64,000 nucleotides of DNA. Origin: an uncultured delta proteobacterium (GTDB lineage: Bacteria; Myxococcota_A; Polyangia; Polyangiales; B10-G4). A program made the position numbers and the translations under genes. The notes under the pieces were generated by a model. It searched no databases. It was not told the DNA's origin and saw nothing but the letters and a program-made list of their open reading frames with translations. The stretch is from contig CAVSGI010000006.1 of assembly GCA_963727445.1 (NCBI GenBank), positions 1 to 64,000 of the forward strand, given 5' to 3'. This document shows, one piece after another, positions 21,433 to 31,855 of the stretch (position 1 is the stretch's first letter; the number at the start of each line of letters is the position of its first letter).

Positions 21433-22572
21433 ATGACCGTCGAGATCCGCCGTCACCGCCCCGGCGAAGGGCTCAAGTATTTCCTGAAAGCCGGCAACCG
21501 CGTCTTCGCGGACGACCCCACCTGGGTTCAGCCGCTCAACATGGAGATCAAGGATCGTCTCACGCCCGGGAAGAACCCGTTCTTCGAGCACGGCGAGGCG
21601 ATGCTCTTCACGGCGTGGAAGGACGGCGAGGTCGTCGGGCGTTGCTCGGCGTCGATCGATCACCGTCACCTCGAGCGGTGGAACGACGAGACCGGATTCT
21701 TCGGCATGTGCGACACGGTCGAGGACCCGGAGGTCACCAAGGCGCTCCTCACCGAGGCCGAGGCCTGGCTTCGCGAGCGCGGGATGAAGCGCGCGCGTGG
21801 TCCCATCTGCCTCAACATCAACGAAGAGGTGGGCGCGCTCATCGAGGGACACGAGCACCCGCCGGTGTTGATGATGGCGCACTCCCGGCCCTACCAGGCG
21901 GAGCTGATCCATCAGGCGGGCTACGAGAAGGTGAAGGACCTCTTCGCGTGGCGTTACGACGTCAACGGCGCCATGCACCCGCGCGCCGATCGCGCGTGGA
22001 AAGCCGTTCGTGAGATGCCCGAGGTGAGCTTCCGCTCGGTCCGCAAGAAGGACATGGAGAGCGAGCTCCGCATCATCATGGAGATCTTCAACGACGCCTG
22101 GAAGAACAACTGGGGGTTCGTCCCGGCCACTGACAACGAGGTGAAGAAGGCGGCCGCCGACATGAAGCTGATCATCGACGAGGACATGGCGTTCTTCGCG
22201 GAGATCGACGGTCGTCCGGTCGGTATGTGCATCTGTCTGCCGAACATGAACGAGGCGATCCGCGATCTGCATGGGCGCCTCACTCCGGTCGGCGTGGCCA
22301 AGCTCCTGTGGCGCCTCAAGGTGAAGGGTCCGCAGTTCGGGCGCCTGATGATGTTGGGGATCGCGAAAGAGCTCCGGGGCGTGAAGCGCTACGGCGGCTT
22401 GTCGCTGGCGCTCTACGTCGAGCTGTCGCGGCGCGGGCGCGCCAAGGGCTACGAGTTCGGCGAGCTCAGCTGGACCCTCGAGGACAACCACCCGATGAAC
22501 CTCGGCATCAAGGCGATGGGCGCGAAGGTCTACAAGAAATATCGCCTCTTCGAGCGGAGCATCGAGGCCTGA
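21433..22572 (+). CDS. Tandem-GNAT acyltransferase (YghO / bacterial ceramide synthase-like)
   Basis: NPFFEHG, GFFGMCD, RGP, FNDAWKNNWGFVP and ELSWTLEDNHPM motifs. Confidence 0.8.
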   Translation: MTVEIRRHRPGEGLKYFLKAGNRVFADDPTWVQPLNMEIKDRLTPGKNPFFEHGEAMLFTAWKDGEVVGRCSASIDHRHLERWNDETGFFGMCDTVEDPEVTKALLTEAEAWLRERGMKRARGPICLNINEEVGALIEGHEHPPVLMMAHSRPYQAELIHQAGYEKVKDLFAWRYDVNGAMHPRADRAWKAVREMPEVSFRSVRKKDMESELRIIMEIFNDAWKNNWGFVPATDNEVKKAAADMKLIIDEDMAFFAEIDGRPVGMCICLPNMNEAIRDLHGRLTPVGVAKLLWRLKVKGPQFGRLMMLGIAKELRGVKRYGGLSLALYVELSRRGRAKGYEFGELSWTLEDNHPMNLGIKAMGAKVYKKYRLFERSIEA

Positions 22573-22574
22573 CG

Positions 22575-23558
22575 ATGAAAGTACTACTCACCGGAGCGAC
22601 GGGATTTCTCGGGAGCCACGTCGCCGAACGCCTCCACCGCGAGGGACACGAGATCCGCGCGCTGGTGCGAAAGACCAGCAAGACCGATCTGCTCGAGCAG
22701 CTCGGCGCCGAGCTCTGCGTCGCCTCTCTCGAGAAAGGCGAGGGGCTCGAGGAGGCGGTGGAGGGCATCGATGCCGTCGTGCACGGCGCGGCGATCGTGA
22801 AGGCGAAACGGCCGGAGGACTTCATCCGGGTCAACGCCGGCGGCACCAGGAACCTGATCGAAGCGGTGAAGGCTCACGCGCCGGACGTGAAGCGCTTCGT
22901 GTACGTCTCGTCTCTCGCGGCGCACGGCTTCAAGAAGGAGAACGGCCCGCTCCCCTACGACGCCGAGCCCAACCCGGTGACCCATTACGGGCGCAGCAAG
23001 CTCGAGGGCGAGGGCTACGTCCTCGCCGCCAAGGACGAGATCCCGGTCACCATCCTCCGCCCGCCCGCCATCTACGGGCCGCGGGACAGCGAGATGATCG
23101 CGTTCTTCCAGATCGTGTCGCGGCGGATGGTCGCTTTCCTGGGTGACTCGAGCCGCCGGACGTCGCTCATCTACGCGACGGATTGCGCGGACGCGATCTA
23201 TCGCGCGCTCACCCTGGAGCACCCCTCGGGGCGCGTGTATTTCGTCGAGGACGGGCGTGCGTACTCGCAGAGGGAGTTCGTCTCCATCGTCGAGGACGCC
23301 CTCGACAAGAAGGCGATCGTCAAGATCCCGGTGCCGATCGGCGTGGTGCGGGCCGTCGCCGCGGGCTCCGAGCTCTACGGCAAGATCACCGACCAGGCCG
23401 TGATGCTGACCCGCGACAAGGTCAACGAGCTCGACGCCGAGCAGCTCTGCTGCCCCGCCGATCCCATCCGCGAGGAGCTCGGCTGGACGCCGGAGATCCA
23501 GTTCGAGGAGGGCGCCCGGCGCTCCATCGCCTGGTACCGCGAAAACGGGATGCTCTGA
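22575..23558 (+). CDS. NAD-dependent epimerase/dehydratase (extended SDR; CerR-like)
   Basis: TGATGFLG, VSSLAA, YGRSK, RPPAIYGPRD; starts just after the GNAT stop. Confidence 0.88.
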   Translation: MKVLLTGATGFLGSHVAERLHREGHEIRALVRKTSKTDLLEQLGAELCVASLEKGEGLEEAVEGIDAVVHGAAIVKAKRPEDFIRVNAGGTRNLIEAVKAHAPDVKRFVYVSSLAAHGFKKENGPLPYDAEPNPVTHYGRSKLEGEGYVLAAKDEIPVTILRPPAIYGPRDSEMIAFFQIVSRRMVAFLGDSSRRTSLIYATDCADAIYRALTLEHPSGRVYFVEDGRAYSQREFVSIVEDALDKKAIVKIPVPIGVVRAVAAGSELYGKITDQAVMLTRDKVNELDAEQLCCPADPIREELGWTPEIQFEEGARRSIAWYRENGML

Positions 23559-23657
23559 GCGACGACCCTCGAGCCGCGTGAACCGCAGCCCCTGCCGATC
23601 GTGAACCGTTGGTCTCACCTTCGGGGGGACGCGGCAGAATTACCGGGACTTTTCGGC

Positions 23658-23673
23658 TGGCACGCCCCTCGCT
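23658..23673 (+). promoter_or_regulatory. Sigma-54 -24/-12 promoter
   Basis: TGGCACGCCCCTCGCT (GG-N10-GC) just upstream of the lipoprotein ATG at 23689. Confidence 0.55.
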
Positions 23674-23688
23674 TAAAATGAAGGTGTC

Positions 23689-24198
23689 ATGACTCCTTCC
23701 CGCCTCATCCTCGCCCTCGCGCTCGCCGCGGCCGCCGTCGGCTGCGGGGGCAACGACCAGCTCTCGGTCAACGGCGAAGCCGCCGTCACCTTCGCGCCCG
23801 ACTACGTCGAGCGCTTCACCTTCGACACCGACACCCAGCTCGAGAAGGACGACCTCGCCGCGAGCACCGAGGGGATCTTCAGTGGGCACTGTGTCTTGTC
23901 CAAGAGCGGGCTCACCGCGGTCGACGTGGAGATCGACCGGCCGGGGGCGACCTCGGGGATGACCACCTTCCGGGTCCAGGCGCAGGCCGACTCGGGTGGT
24001 GCGATGCGGGCTGTGGTCGACGGCGTTGCCTACGACGGAACGGCGGACGGGAGCGGATGCACCATCGACACGCTCTACTCCATGCCCAACGACGGCACGG
24101 CGGCCATCCAGGTCGATTGCGGCATCGCCGACAGCGACGGGGCTACGGCGACCGCCTCGGCCGAGCTTCACTTCGCGGGCTGCGTCGTCACCGACTGA
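23689..24198 (+). CDS. Hypothetical lipoprotein
   Basis: Lipobox AVGC; beta-rich mature part with paired cysteines. Confidence 0.75.
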   Translation: MTPSRLILALALAAAAVGCGGNDQLSVNGEAAVTFAPDYVERFTFDTDTQLEKDDLAASTEGIFSGHCVLSKSGLTAVDVEIDRPGATSGMTTFRVQAQADSGGAMRAVVDGVAYDGTADGSGCTIDTLYSMPNDGTAAIQVDCGIADSDGATATASAELHFAGCVVTD

Positions 24199-26521
24199 GC
24201 GGCAGGCGAAAGCTCGGTCCGTGAAACGGGCGTACCCTCAGCGTGCGCCCGTTCGTGATCACCTCCACCCCTCCGTCCTTCGCCGTGGTGAGGACGCGAC
24301 CTACGCGCGCGAGGCGCGCATACACCTCGGGGTGTGGATGGCCGTAGCGGTTGTGGGTTCCGGCGCTGACGATGCAGAGCGCGGGACGGACCGCATCGAT
24401 GAAGCGCGGCGTCGACGAAGTGCGCGAGCCGTGATGGCCGACCTTGAGCACGTCCGCGTGGATGGCGTCTCCCATCGCGGTGAGGATCGACTCCTCGTGC
24501 GCCTCCGCGTCTCCCACCAGGAGGAAGCTCCGCGCGCCGTAGCGGAGCGACAGGACCAGGGAGTTGTCGTTGGGGTCGTAGCCGGGATCGTAACCGGGGC
24601 AGGGGGCGAGCACGGCGAGACGCAGCGCACCGAAGCGGCGCGGTGCCCCGCACAGATGGCGCGGGCTCGAGACCCGCGTCCCTTCGGTTCGGGCGCGGCC
24701 GAGGAGCCGCGCCACCGGCCCCTCGGGGGTCTCGGCCGCGCCCTGGCCGCTGTCCCAGAGCTCGCCGATGGGGATGCGGCCGACGAGGTCCGCGAGCCCT
24801 TCGTAGTGATCGGGATGCGGATGGGTGAGCGCCACGACGTCGAGGCGCGCCACCCGCCGCGCACTGAGGAGCGGCAACAGCGCGCGGAGCCCCGGGCGCG
24901 CCGCACCGCCGCCGCCGTCGATCAGCAGCGTCGTTCCGTCCGGCGCGTCGACGAGGATGGCGTCGCCCTGACCGACGTCGACGAAGGTGACTCTGAGCTC
25001 GCCCTCCTTGCGCTCGTTCGCGCGAACGAGCGCCTCGGCGGCCAGGAGCAACAGGGCGGTGGCGAGGAGAGCGCCGAGCGCCTGGCGCCCCCGTCGCGCG
25101 AGCAGGAATGCGGCGGCTCCCGCGCAGGCCACCATCAGCTGCACGAGCGTCGGCGGAGCGAGCGCCCGTCCCCAGGGCACCTCGGCGAAGAGGGCACACG
25201 CCGAAGAGAAGGCCATCTCGACGTGTGTGAAGAGGAACGCGGTCGCAGCGCCGGCGGCTGGGTGCAGAGCGCCCACGCTCGCGTGAAGGAGCGCCGCGGG
25301 GATGAGCAGTGCCGACGCCAGTGGCGCGAGCAGAACGTTGGCGGCGACCCCGACCAGCGGCACCGCCCCGAAGCACCACCAGATCATGGGCGCGGTGGCG
25401 ACGGACGCGCGCATGCTGACGCGTGCCAGGACGCGAAAGCGCGACCACGGATCGGAGGGGGTCGGGCCGAGGCCGCTGACGATGGCGAGGGTCGCGAGCA
25501 CGGAGAGCAGCAGGCCGGGATCGGTGAGCTCCTCCGGATGCAGGATGGCCAACAGGGCGATGGCCGCGAGGGCCAGCGGCAGGGGCGATGGGCGCCGTCC
25601 GAGGGCGCGGAGGCCGAAGGCCAGCGCCGCGGTGATCGCTGCGCGCCGCGCGCTCGGCGCGGCGCCGGCGAGCTCGGCGTAGAGCAGGGCGGCGGGAACG
25701 CCGGCGGCGAAGGCGAGGGGCTCGGTAGCGAAGCGGCGCGCGAGCGGCGGGATGCGACGGAGCGTCGCGGCGGCGAAGAGGACGAAGAGGCCGACGGACA
25801 CGGCGACGTGCAAGCCGGAGACGGCGAGGACGTGGGCGAGCCCGGCGCCCCGCACGGCGTCACGCCGCTCGTCGTCGACGGCGCCGCGATCGCCGAGCAC
25901 CAGGGCGCGTGCCACGCCCGACGCTCCCGGAGGAAGGGAGCGCACGAGGTGCTGGCGCATCGTCGTGCGCAGGCCGTCGATGCGGCGCGCCCAAGGCGAT
26001 GCGTACAGAGCGTCAGCGCGTCCGACGACGCGGCCGCGCACATGAACCGCCCGCGCCGGTGGGGGCGGGACCGGCGAGCGATTTCGAAAGCGGGGGACGG
26101 GCTCGAGGCGGGCGAGGGTGCGGACCCGCGCCTCGGGGGGAAGCGCGCCCCTGAGGCGCAGCGTCACCCCCGCCTCGACCGGGAGACAATCTTCGATCCG
26201 CTCGCCTGCGAGGACGGTCGCGTCCGTCCAGGTGCCGCGCGCGCCGTGGTCCACCCGCGCCGTTTGCACCTCGAGTCGGTAGAGGCCGGGTGGGGGCAGG
26301 CTCGGCGTCGGTGGGCGCGCGGGCAGGGAGGATCCACCGAAGGCGAAGGCGATGATGACGAGGGCGCGAGCGAGCTTCGGACGGCCGAGCGCGGGCAGGC
26401 TCAGCAGGCCCAGGACGAGAGCCGCGAAGGCGAGGAGCGGTCGCAGCAAATGGAGGTCGACGACGAGCCCGAGGGCCACACCGCCGCCGAAAGCGAGGGC
26501 CGATTGGGAGAAGCGGTTCAC
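24188..26521 (-). CDS. comEC: DNA internalization competence protein ComEC/Rec2
   Basis: HVLAVSGLH competence motif; MBL domain DVGQGD, THPHPDH, KVGHHGS, YGHPH. Confidence 0.95.
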   Translation of the reverse strand: MNRFSQSALAFGGGVALGLVVDLHLLRPLLAFAALVLGLLSLPALGRPKLARALVIIAFAFGGSSLPARPPTPSLPPPGLYRLEVQTARVDHGARGTWTDATVLAGERIEDCLPVEAGVTLRLRGALPPEARVRTLARLEPVPRFRNRSPVPPPPARAVHVRGRVVGRADALYASPWARRIDGLRTTMRQHLVRSLPPGASGVARALVLGDRGAVDDERRDAVRGAGLAHVLAVSGLHVAVSVGLFVLFAAATLRRIPPLARRFATEPLAFAAGVPAALLYAELAGAAPSARRAAITAALAFGLRALGRRPSPLPLALAAIALLAILHPEELTDPGLLLSVLATLAIVSGLGPTPSDPWSRFRVLARVSMRASVATAPMIWWCFGAVPLVGVAANVLLAPLASALLIPAALLHASVGALHPAAGAATAFLFTHVEMAFSSACALFAEVPWGRALAPPTLVQLMVACAGAAAFLLARRGRQALGALLATALLLLAAEALVRANERKEGELRVTFVDVGQGDAILVDAPDGTTLLIDGGGGAARPGLRALLPLLSARRVARLDVVALTHPHPDHYEGLADLVGRIPIGELWDSGQGAAETPEGPVARLLGRARTEGTRVSSPRHLCGAPRRFGALRLAVLAPCPGYDPGYDPNDNSLVLSLRYGARSFLLVGDAEAHEESILTAMGDAIHADVLKVGHHGSRTSSTPRFIDAVRPALCIVSAGTHNRYGHPHPEVYARLARVGRVLTTAKDGGVEVITNGRTLRVRPFHGPSFRLPLSR

Positions 26522-26633
26522 GAGACCTGGTGTTCCATTCGGCGTGCCACCAAGACTTCATGAAAATCATTGATGATTTTCGCCTCGCCAGGTGGCGGCC
26601 GCCGGCGGTTCGGCGGCGACCCGCCATCACCGC

Positions 26634-26699
26634 TTGACACTCGACCCCGGAATTCCTAAAGAGATTCTCAGGACCAACCCTTACGCGTGCGTGAGGGTT
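26634..26699 (+). promoter_or_regulatory. isc operon promoter (TTGACA-17-TAAAGA) with downstream 11-2-11 palindromic operator
   Basis: TTGACA at 26634-39 and TAAAGA at 26657-62. AACCCTTACGC-GT-GCGTGAGGGTT at 26676-99, one mismatch between arms. Confidence 0.65.
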
Positions 26700-26708
26700 A
26701 GGGTTTGG

Positions 26709-27215
26709 ATGCCCCCGATGCTGGTACAGATCCCGAGACAGAAGAAGCGACGCATGCGCGTCGGCGCGCTGGCCAAGCGCACCGGCAAGACCGTGCGCGC
26801 GCTTCATCACTACGAGCGCCTCGGGCTCCTCACGCCGGTCGAGCGCACCGACGGCGGCTACCGTCTCTACGACGACGACTCGGAAGTGCGCGTGCGCTGG
26901 ATCATCAAGCTGCAGGACATGGGCTTCACGCTCTCGCAGGTGCAGGACGTCGTCCGCTACCACTCCGAGAGCACCTCGGCCCCCGACGCCATGCGGCACA
27001 TCCAGGATCTCTATCGCGACAAGCTCGAAGAGACGCGCGAGCAGATCCAGAAGCTGCGCTCACTCGAGAGCGAGCTCGTCGCCAGCCTCGCCTACCTCGA
27101 CACCTGCGACACCTGCGATCCCCAGCGTCTCATCGACGCCTGCACGAGCTGCGAATACGACCACGACCAGGACGAGACCGATCTCGTCGCGGGTCTCCAC
27201 AGTCAACCGAGCTGA
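26709..27215 (+). CDS. MerR-family regulator with C-terminal CxxC-x8-CxxC motif
   Basis: MRVGALAKRTGKTVRALHHYERLGLL...GGYRLY HTH and CDTCDPQRLIDACTSC. Start may be 26709, 26718 or 26754. Confidence 0.9.
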   Translation: MPPMLVQIPRQKKRRMRVGALAKRTGKTVRALHHYERLGLLTPVERTDGGYRLYDDDSEVRVRWIIKLQDMGFTLSQVQDVVRYHSESTSAPDAMRHIQDLYRDKLEETREQIQKLRSLESELVASLAYLDTCDTCDPQRLIDACTSCEYDHDQDETDLVAGLHSQPS

Positions 27216-27221
27216 AAGACG

Positions 27222-28448
27222 ATGGCACTCAAACTTCCCATCTACATGGACAATCATGCGACGACGCAGGTGGACCCGCGCGTCGTCGAGGCGATGCTGC
27301 CATTCTTCACCGAGACCTTCGGCAACGCCGCGAGCCGCAATCACGTCTTCGGCTGGCGCGCCGAGGAGAAGGTGGAAGAGGCGCGTGAAACCATCGCGAA
27401 GCTGATCGGCGCCAAGAGCGGCAAGGAGATCATCTTCACCTCGGGTGCGACCGAGAGCGACAACCTCGCCATCAAGGGTGTGGCCCACTTCTACAAGGAG
27501 AAGGGCAACCACATCATCACCCAGAAGACCGAGCACAAGGCGATCCTCGACAGCTGCAAGCGTCTCGAGCGCGAGGGCTTCGAGATCACCTATCTCGACG
27601 TCGACGACAACGCCCGGGTCGACCCGGAGGCCATCCGCGCCGCCATCAAGGACTCGACGATCCTGGTGAGCATCATGCTCGCCAACAACGAGGTGGGCAC
27701 CGTTCAGCCCATCGCCGAGATCGGCGCGATCACCCGCGAGAAGAAGGTCTTCTTCCACGTGGATGCGGTGCAGGGCGTGGGGCGCGTGCCCTTCGACGTC
27801 GAGGAGATGAAGGTCGACCTGGCCTCGATGAGCGCCCACAAGATGTACGGTCCCAAGGGCGTGGGCGCCCTCTACGTGCGGCGAAGCAAGCCGCGCGTGC
27901 GTCTGGTCGCCGAGATGGACGGCGGTGGGCACGAGCGCGGGATGCGGAGCGGCACCCTCAACGTGCCCGGCATCGTCGGGTTCGCGAAGGCGGCCGAGAT
28001 CATGATCGAGGATGGCGCGAAGGACGCCGAGCGCGTGCGCGGTCTTCGCGACCGCCTGCGCAACAAGCTGTGGGCGGAGCTCGACGAGCTGATCCTCAAC
28101 GGCGCCGACGATCCCTTCCGCCACCCCGGCAACCTCAACGTCTCCTTCGCCTTCGTCGAAGGCGAGGCGATGATGATGGCGATCAAGGACGTGGCCGTGA
28201 GCTCGGGCAGCGCGTGCACCAGCGCCAGTCTCGAGCCGAGCTACGTGCTCCGAGCGATGGGCGTCGAGGAAGAGCTCGCTCACACCTCGATCCGCTTCGG
28301 CCTCGGGCGCTTCACCACCGAGGAGGAGGTCGACTACGTCGCCGACCTCGTCATCGCTCAGGTGAAGCGGCTCCGCGAGCTCTCCCCACTCTACGAAATG
28401 CACAAGGAAGGCATCGACCTCAAGTCGATCCAGTGGCAGGCACACTGA
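27222..28448 (+). CDS. iscS: Cysteine desulfurase
   Basis: [25 protein letters not shown]-terminal SPLYEM...IQW. Confidence 0.98.
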   Translation: MALKLPIYMDNHATTQVDPRVVEAMLPFFTETFGNAASRNHVFGWRAEEKVEEARETIAKLIGAKSGKEIIFTSGATESDNLAIKGVAHFYKEKGNHIITQKTEHKAILDSCKRLEREGFEITYLDVDDNARVDPEAIRAAIKDSTILVSIMLANNEVGTVQPIAEIGAITREKKVFFHVDAVQGVGRVPFDVEEMKVDLASMSAHKMYGPKGVGALYVRRSKPRVRLVAEMDGGGHERGMRSGTLNVPGIVGFAKAAEIMIEDGAKDAERVRGLRDRLRNKLWAELDELILNGADDPFRHPGNLNVSFAFVEGEAMMMAIKDVAVSSGSACTSASLEPSYVLRAMGVEEELAHTSIRFGLGRFTTEEEVDYVADLVIAQVKRLRELSPLYEMHKEGIDLKSIQWQAH

Positions 28449-28458
28449 GGAACACACC

Positions 28459-28848
28459 ATGGCGTACTCCGACAAGCTCATCGACCACTACGAAAACCCC
28501 CGCAACGTCGGCACTCTCGACAAGGAGGACGAGACGGTGGGAACCGGCCTCGTCGGCGCTCCGGCCTGCGGCGACGTGATGCGCCTGCAGATCCGGGTCA
28601 ACCCCGAGACTCAGGTCATCGAGGACGCGAAGTTCAAGACCTTCGGCTGCGGCAGCGCGATCGCGTCGTCGTCCCTGGCCACCGAGTGGATCAAGGGCAA
28701 GACCGTCGAAGAGGCGAACGAGCTCTCGAACACCGAGATCGTGCAGGAGCTGAACCTGCCGCCGGTGAAGATCCACTGCTCGGTGCTCGCCGAGGACGCC
28801 ATCAAGAGCGCCATCGCCGACTTCCGACAGAAGCAGTCCAAGAAGTAG
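28459..28848 (+). CDS. iscU: Fe-S scaffold protein
   Basis: GAPACGDVM, FGCGSAIAS, LPPVKIHCS. Confidence 0.98.
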   Translation: MAYSDKLIDHYENPRNVGTLDKEDETVGTGLVGAPACGDVMRLQIRVNPETQVIEDAKFKTFGCGSAIASSSLATEWIKGKTVEEANELSNTEIVQELNLPPVKIHCSVLAEDAIKSAIADFRQKQSKK

Positions 28849-28862
28849 GAGACGAAGCCGTG

Positions 28863-29246
28863 ATGACCGAAGCGGTGAAAGCCAAAGAGCCCGAAGCCCC
28901 GGTGGTGACCGCACCGCCGGATGGCGTCGCGCTCACCCCCAAGGCGGTGGAGATGGCCAAGAAGGCCATCGAGCGGCGCGGCACGCCCGAAGCTGCGCTC
29001 CGCCTCGGCGTGCGCGGCGGCGGCTGCTCGGGTGTCGCCTACGCCATCGAGTTCGCCGACAAGATCCGAACCAAAGACCTCGTCTTCGAGTTCGATGGGC
29101 TCAAGGTGGTCGTCGATCCGAAGAGCATGGTGTACCTGCGCGGCTCGGTCCTCGACTACGAGTTCAAGCTCATGGAGCACGGCTTCAAGTTCCAGAATCC
29201 GAACGAGAAGAGCAACTGCGGGTGCGGCGAATCCTTCTTCGTCTGA
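28863..29246 (+). CDS. iscA: A-type Fe-S carrier
   Basis: GGGCSG...NPN...CGCGESF. Confidence 0.95.
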   Translation: MTEAVKAKEPEAPVVTAPPDGVALTPKAVEMAKKAIERRGTPEAALRLGVRGGGCSGVAYAIEFADKIRTKDLVFEFDGLKVVVDPKSMVYLRGSVLDYEFKLMEHGFKFQNPNEKSNCGCGESFFV

Positions 29247-29370
29247 CGATGTCGCTTCGTCACGCCATCCGCCGGCTTACCTCCTCGGCCCCTCCCTGCG
29301 AAATACCTCTGGTATTCCTCGGTCGGGGCCTGCGGGGGCGCTCGGCGGCTGACGCAACCGAGCGACATTG
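29247..29370. repeat. ~124-nt imperfect palindromic intergenic element
   Basis: Nested arms CGATGTCGCT/AGCGACATTG, CGTCA/TGACG, GGCCCC/GGGGCC and AATACC/GGTATT. Confidence 0.65.
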
Positions 29371-29390
29371 CCGCATTCCACAACTCTGAG

Positions 29391-29924
29391 GTGGTCTTGG
29401 ACCCCTTTACGACGATGGGCCTTCCGGCCCGCTACGACATCGATCGCGCCGACCTCGAAGCGCGCTACCGAGAGCTTTCGAAAGTGCTCCATCCGGACCG
29501 GCACGCTCAGAAGCCGGCCGGGGAGCGCCGGCTGAGTCTCGGCAAGGCGGTCGAGGTCAACGAAGCCTATCGCGTGCTCAAGGACGACCTCGCCCGCGCC
29601 AGAGCGCTGCTCTCGCTGAAGGGCCACACCGTCGAAGAGGGAAAGGAGCCCCAGGCGGACCCGATGTTCCTGATGGAGATCATGGAGCTCCGCGAGGCGC
29701 TCTCCGACGCCCGCGCTGCGAGCGATCTGGAGCGCGTGGGGGCGCTCGCCGACAGGGTCGGCGCGATGCAGCGCGAGACCTCTGCCGCGATGGCGAAGGC
29801 TTTCGAATCACTCGAAGGCGGCGAGGGCGAGGCCGCCGTGGTGGCGGCGCTCCTCGGCAAGCTCCGTTACTACCGGCGGTTCCTCGACGAGGTCGAGCTC
29901 ATCGAAGAAGAGGCGTTGGGGTAG
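29391..29924 (+). CDS. hscB: Fe-S co-chaperone HscB
   Basis: J-domain [18 protein letters not shown]. Confidence 0.95.
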   Translation: MVLDPFTTMGLPARYDIDRADLEARYRELSKVLHPDRHAQKPAGERRLSLGKAVEVNEAYRVLKDDLARARALLSLKGHTVEEGKEPQADPMFLMEIMELREALSDARAASDLERVGALADRVGAMQRETSAAMAKAFESLEGGEGEAAVVAALLGKLRYYRRFLDEVELIEEEALG

Positions 29925-29928
29925 GGCG

Positions 29929-31855
29929 ATGGCGCTTCTGCAGATCGGCGATCCCCTCGCAGCGCCCAAGCCCATCGGTATCGATCTGGGCACCACCCAC
30001 AGCCTCGTCGCTTGGGTGACGCCGACCGGCGCGCCTGCAGCGATCCAGGACTGTGACAACGAAGCGCTCGTTCCCTCCGTCGTCCATTATCGCGAGGATG
30101 GCGGGGTCGTCGTGGGAGCCGCGGCCATCGCCGAGGCGCTGCTGCACCCCTCGACCACCATCGCCAGCGCCAAGCGCCTGATGGGCCGCGGCGCCGACGA
30201 TCCGGAGACGAAGCGGCTCAGCTCCTATCGCTACGCGACCGCCGAAGGGCCGGTGGTGAAGTTCGACGTCGGCAGCGGCAAGGTGGTGACGCCGGTAGAG
30301 GTCAGCGCAGAGATCCTGCGCGAGCTCAAGAACCGCGCGATCGAAGAGCTGGGCGACGTCGGCGGCGCGGTGATCACCGTTCCGGCTTACTTCGACGACG
30401 CGCAGCGGCAGGCGACCAAGGACGCCGCCAAGCTCGCGGGTCTCGACGTGCTGCGCCTCCTGAACGAGCCGACCGCCGCGGCGCTCGCCTACGGGCTCGA
30501 CACCAAGCACGACGGCCTCTTCGCCGTCTTCGATCTGGGTGGCGGTACCTTCGACATCACCATCCTCGAGCTCGACGACGGCGTCTTCCAGGTGAAGAGC
30601 ACCGGCGGCGACAGCCAGCTCGGTGGCGACGACTTCGACCGGGCGCTCGCGCACGATCTTCTCGAGCGGCTCGGGTACGAGGAGGGAGCCGTGGTGCCGC
30701 CGGACGTCACGCGGGCGGTTCTCACCGCGGCGCGTCGGATCAAGCACGCGCTCACCGATCAGGAAGAGGTCCAAGCCGAATTCGAGCTCCCGAACGGGAC
30801 GGCCGTCACGGAGCACGTGACCCGGGCGGGCTTCGAGTGGCTCGTCAAAGGGATCGTCGAGCGCACCGGCCGTGCCGTTCGCCGCGCTCTCAGGGATGCC
30901 GAGGTGAGCACTGACGACATCGACGGAGTGATCCTCGTCGGTGGAGCGACGCGGACCCCCCTCGTGCGCAAGTACGTCGAGGAGCTCTTCGGCAAGGCGC
31001 CCCTCGGCAGCATCGATCCCGACCAGGTCGTCGCCCTCGGTGCCGCACAGCAAGCAGATATCCTCGGCGGTGACACGCGCCGCGACGACGTCCTACTCCT
31101 CGACGTGCTGCCGCTCTCGCTCGGTCTCGAGACCATGGGCGGAGTCGCCGAGAAGATCCTCCCGCGCAACACCGCCATCCCCACGGCGGCAGCGCAGATC
31201 TTCACCACCTACGCCGACAACCAGACCGGCTTCGACCTGCACGTCGTCCAGGGCGAGCGTGAGCTCGTGGAGGACTGCCGGAGCCTCGCGCGCTTCACCC
31301 TCAAGGGCATCCCGCCGATGGCGGCGGGCCTCGCGCGTCTCGAGGTGCGGTTCGAGGTGGACGCCGACGGCTTGCTCCACGTCTCGGCCAAGGAGCAACG
31401 CACGGGGATCGAGCAACAGGTCGAGGTGAAGCCCAGCTACGGCCTCTCTGACGAGGAGATCGAGCGGATGCTCCTCGACGCCTACGAGCATGGCGAAGAC
31501 GACGTGAAAGCGCGCATGCTGCGAGAGCAGCAGGTCGACGCGTCGCGCGTCCTTCACGCGATCCAGCAGGCGCTCACGGTCGACGCGGCGCTGCTGGTCG
31601 ACGGTGAGCGCGAGAAGATCGACGCCGCCATGGTGCGTCTGAAGGAAGCGGCCGAGACCGCGACGGACCATCGGGTCATCGCGCTGCGCATCGAGGAGCT
31701 CGACGAGATCAGCACGCCCTTCGCCGGGCGCCGCATGGATCGCTCGCATCCGACGAGCGCTCCGCGGGCGCGACGTGGCCTCGGTGGAAGAAGAGACCAG
31801 GGACGCCAAGGGCGTCGAGCAACACCTGGCGGAAGAAGCGGAGAAGCGGGTCTGA
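29929..31855 (+). CDS. hscA: Fe-S chaperone HscA (Hsp70); apparent +1 indel near 31747
   Basis: [21 protein letters not shown]. Removing one base restores RRMDRSIRRALRG...KRV and a TGA overlapping the fdx ATG. Confidence 0.93.

Noticed and set aside
26533..26548. Sigma-54 promoter for comEC (TGGCACGCCGAATGGA) and a similar motif at 8968
   Set aside because: The comEC site lacks the -12 GC and the 8968 site has a poor -12; too weak to call.
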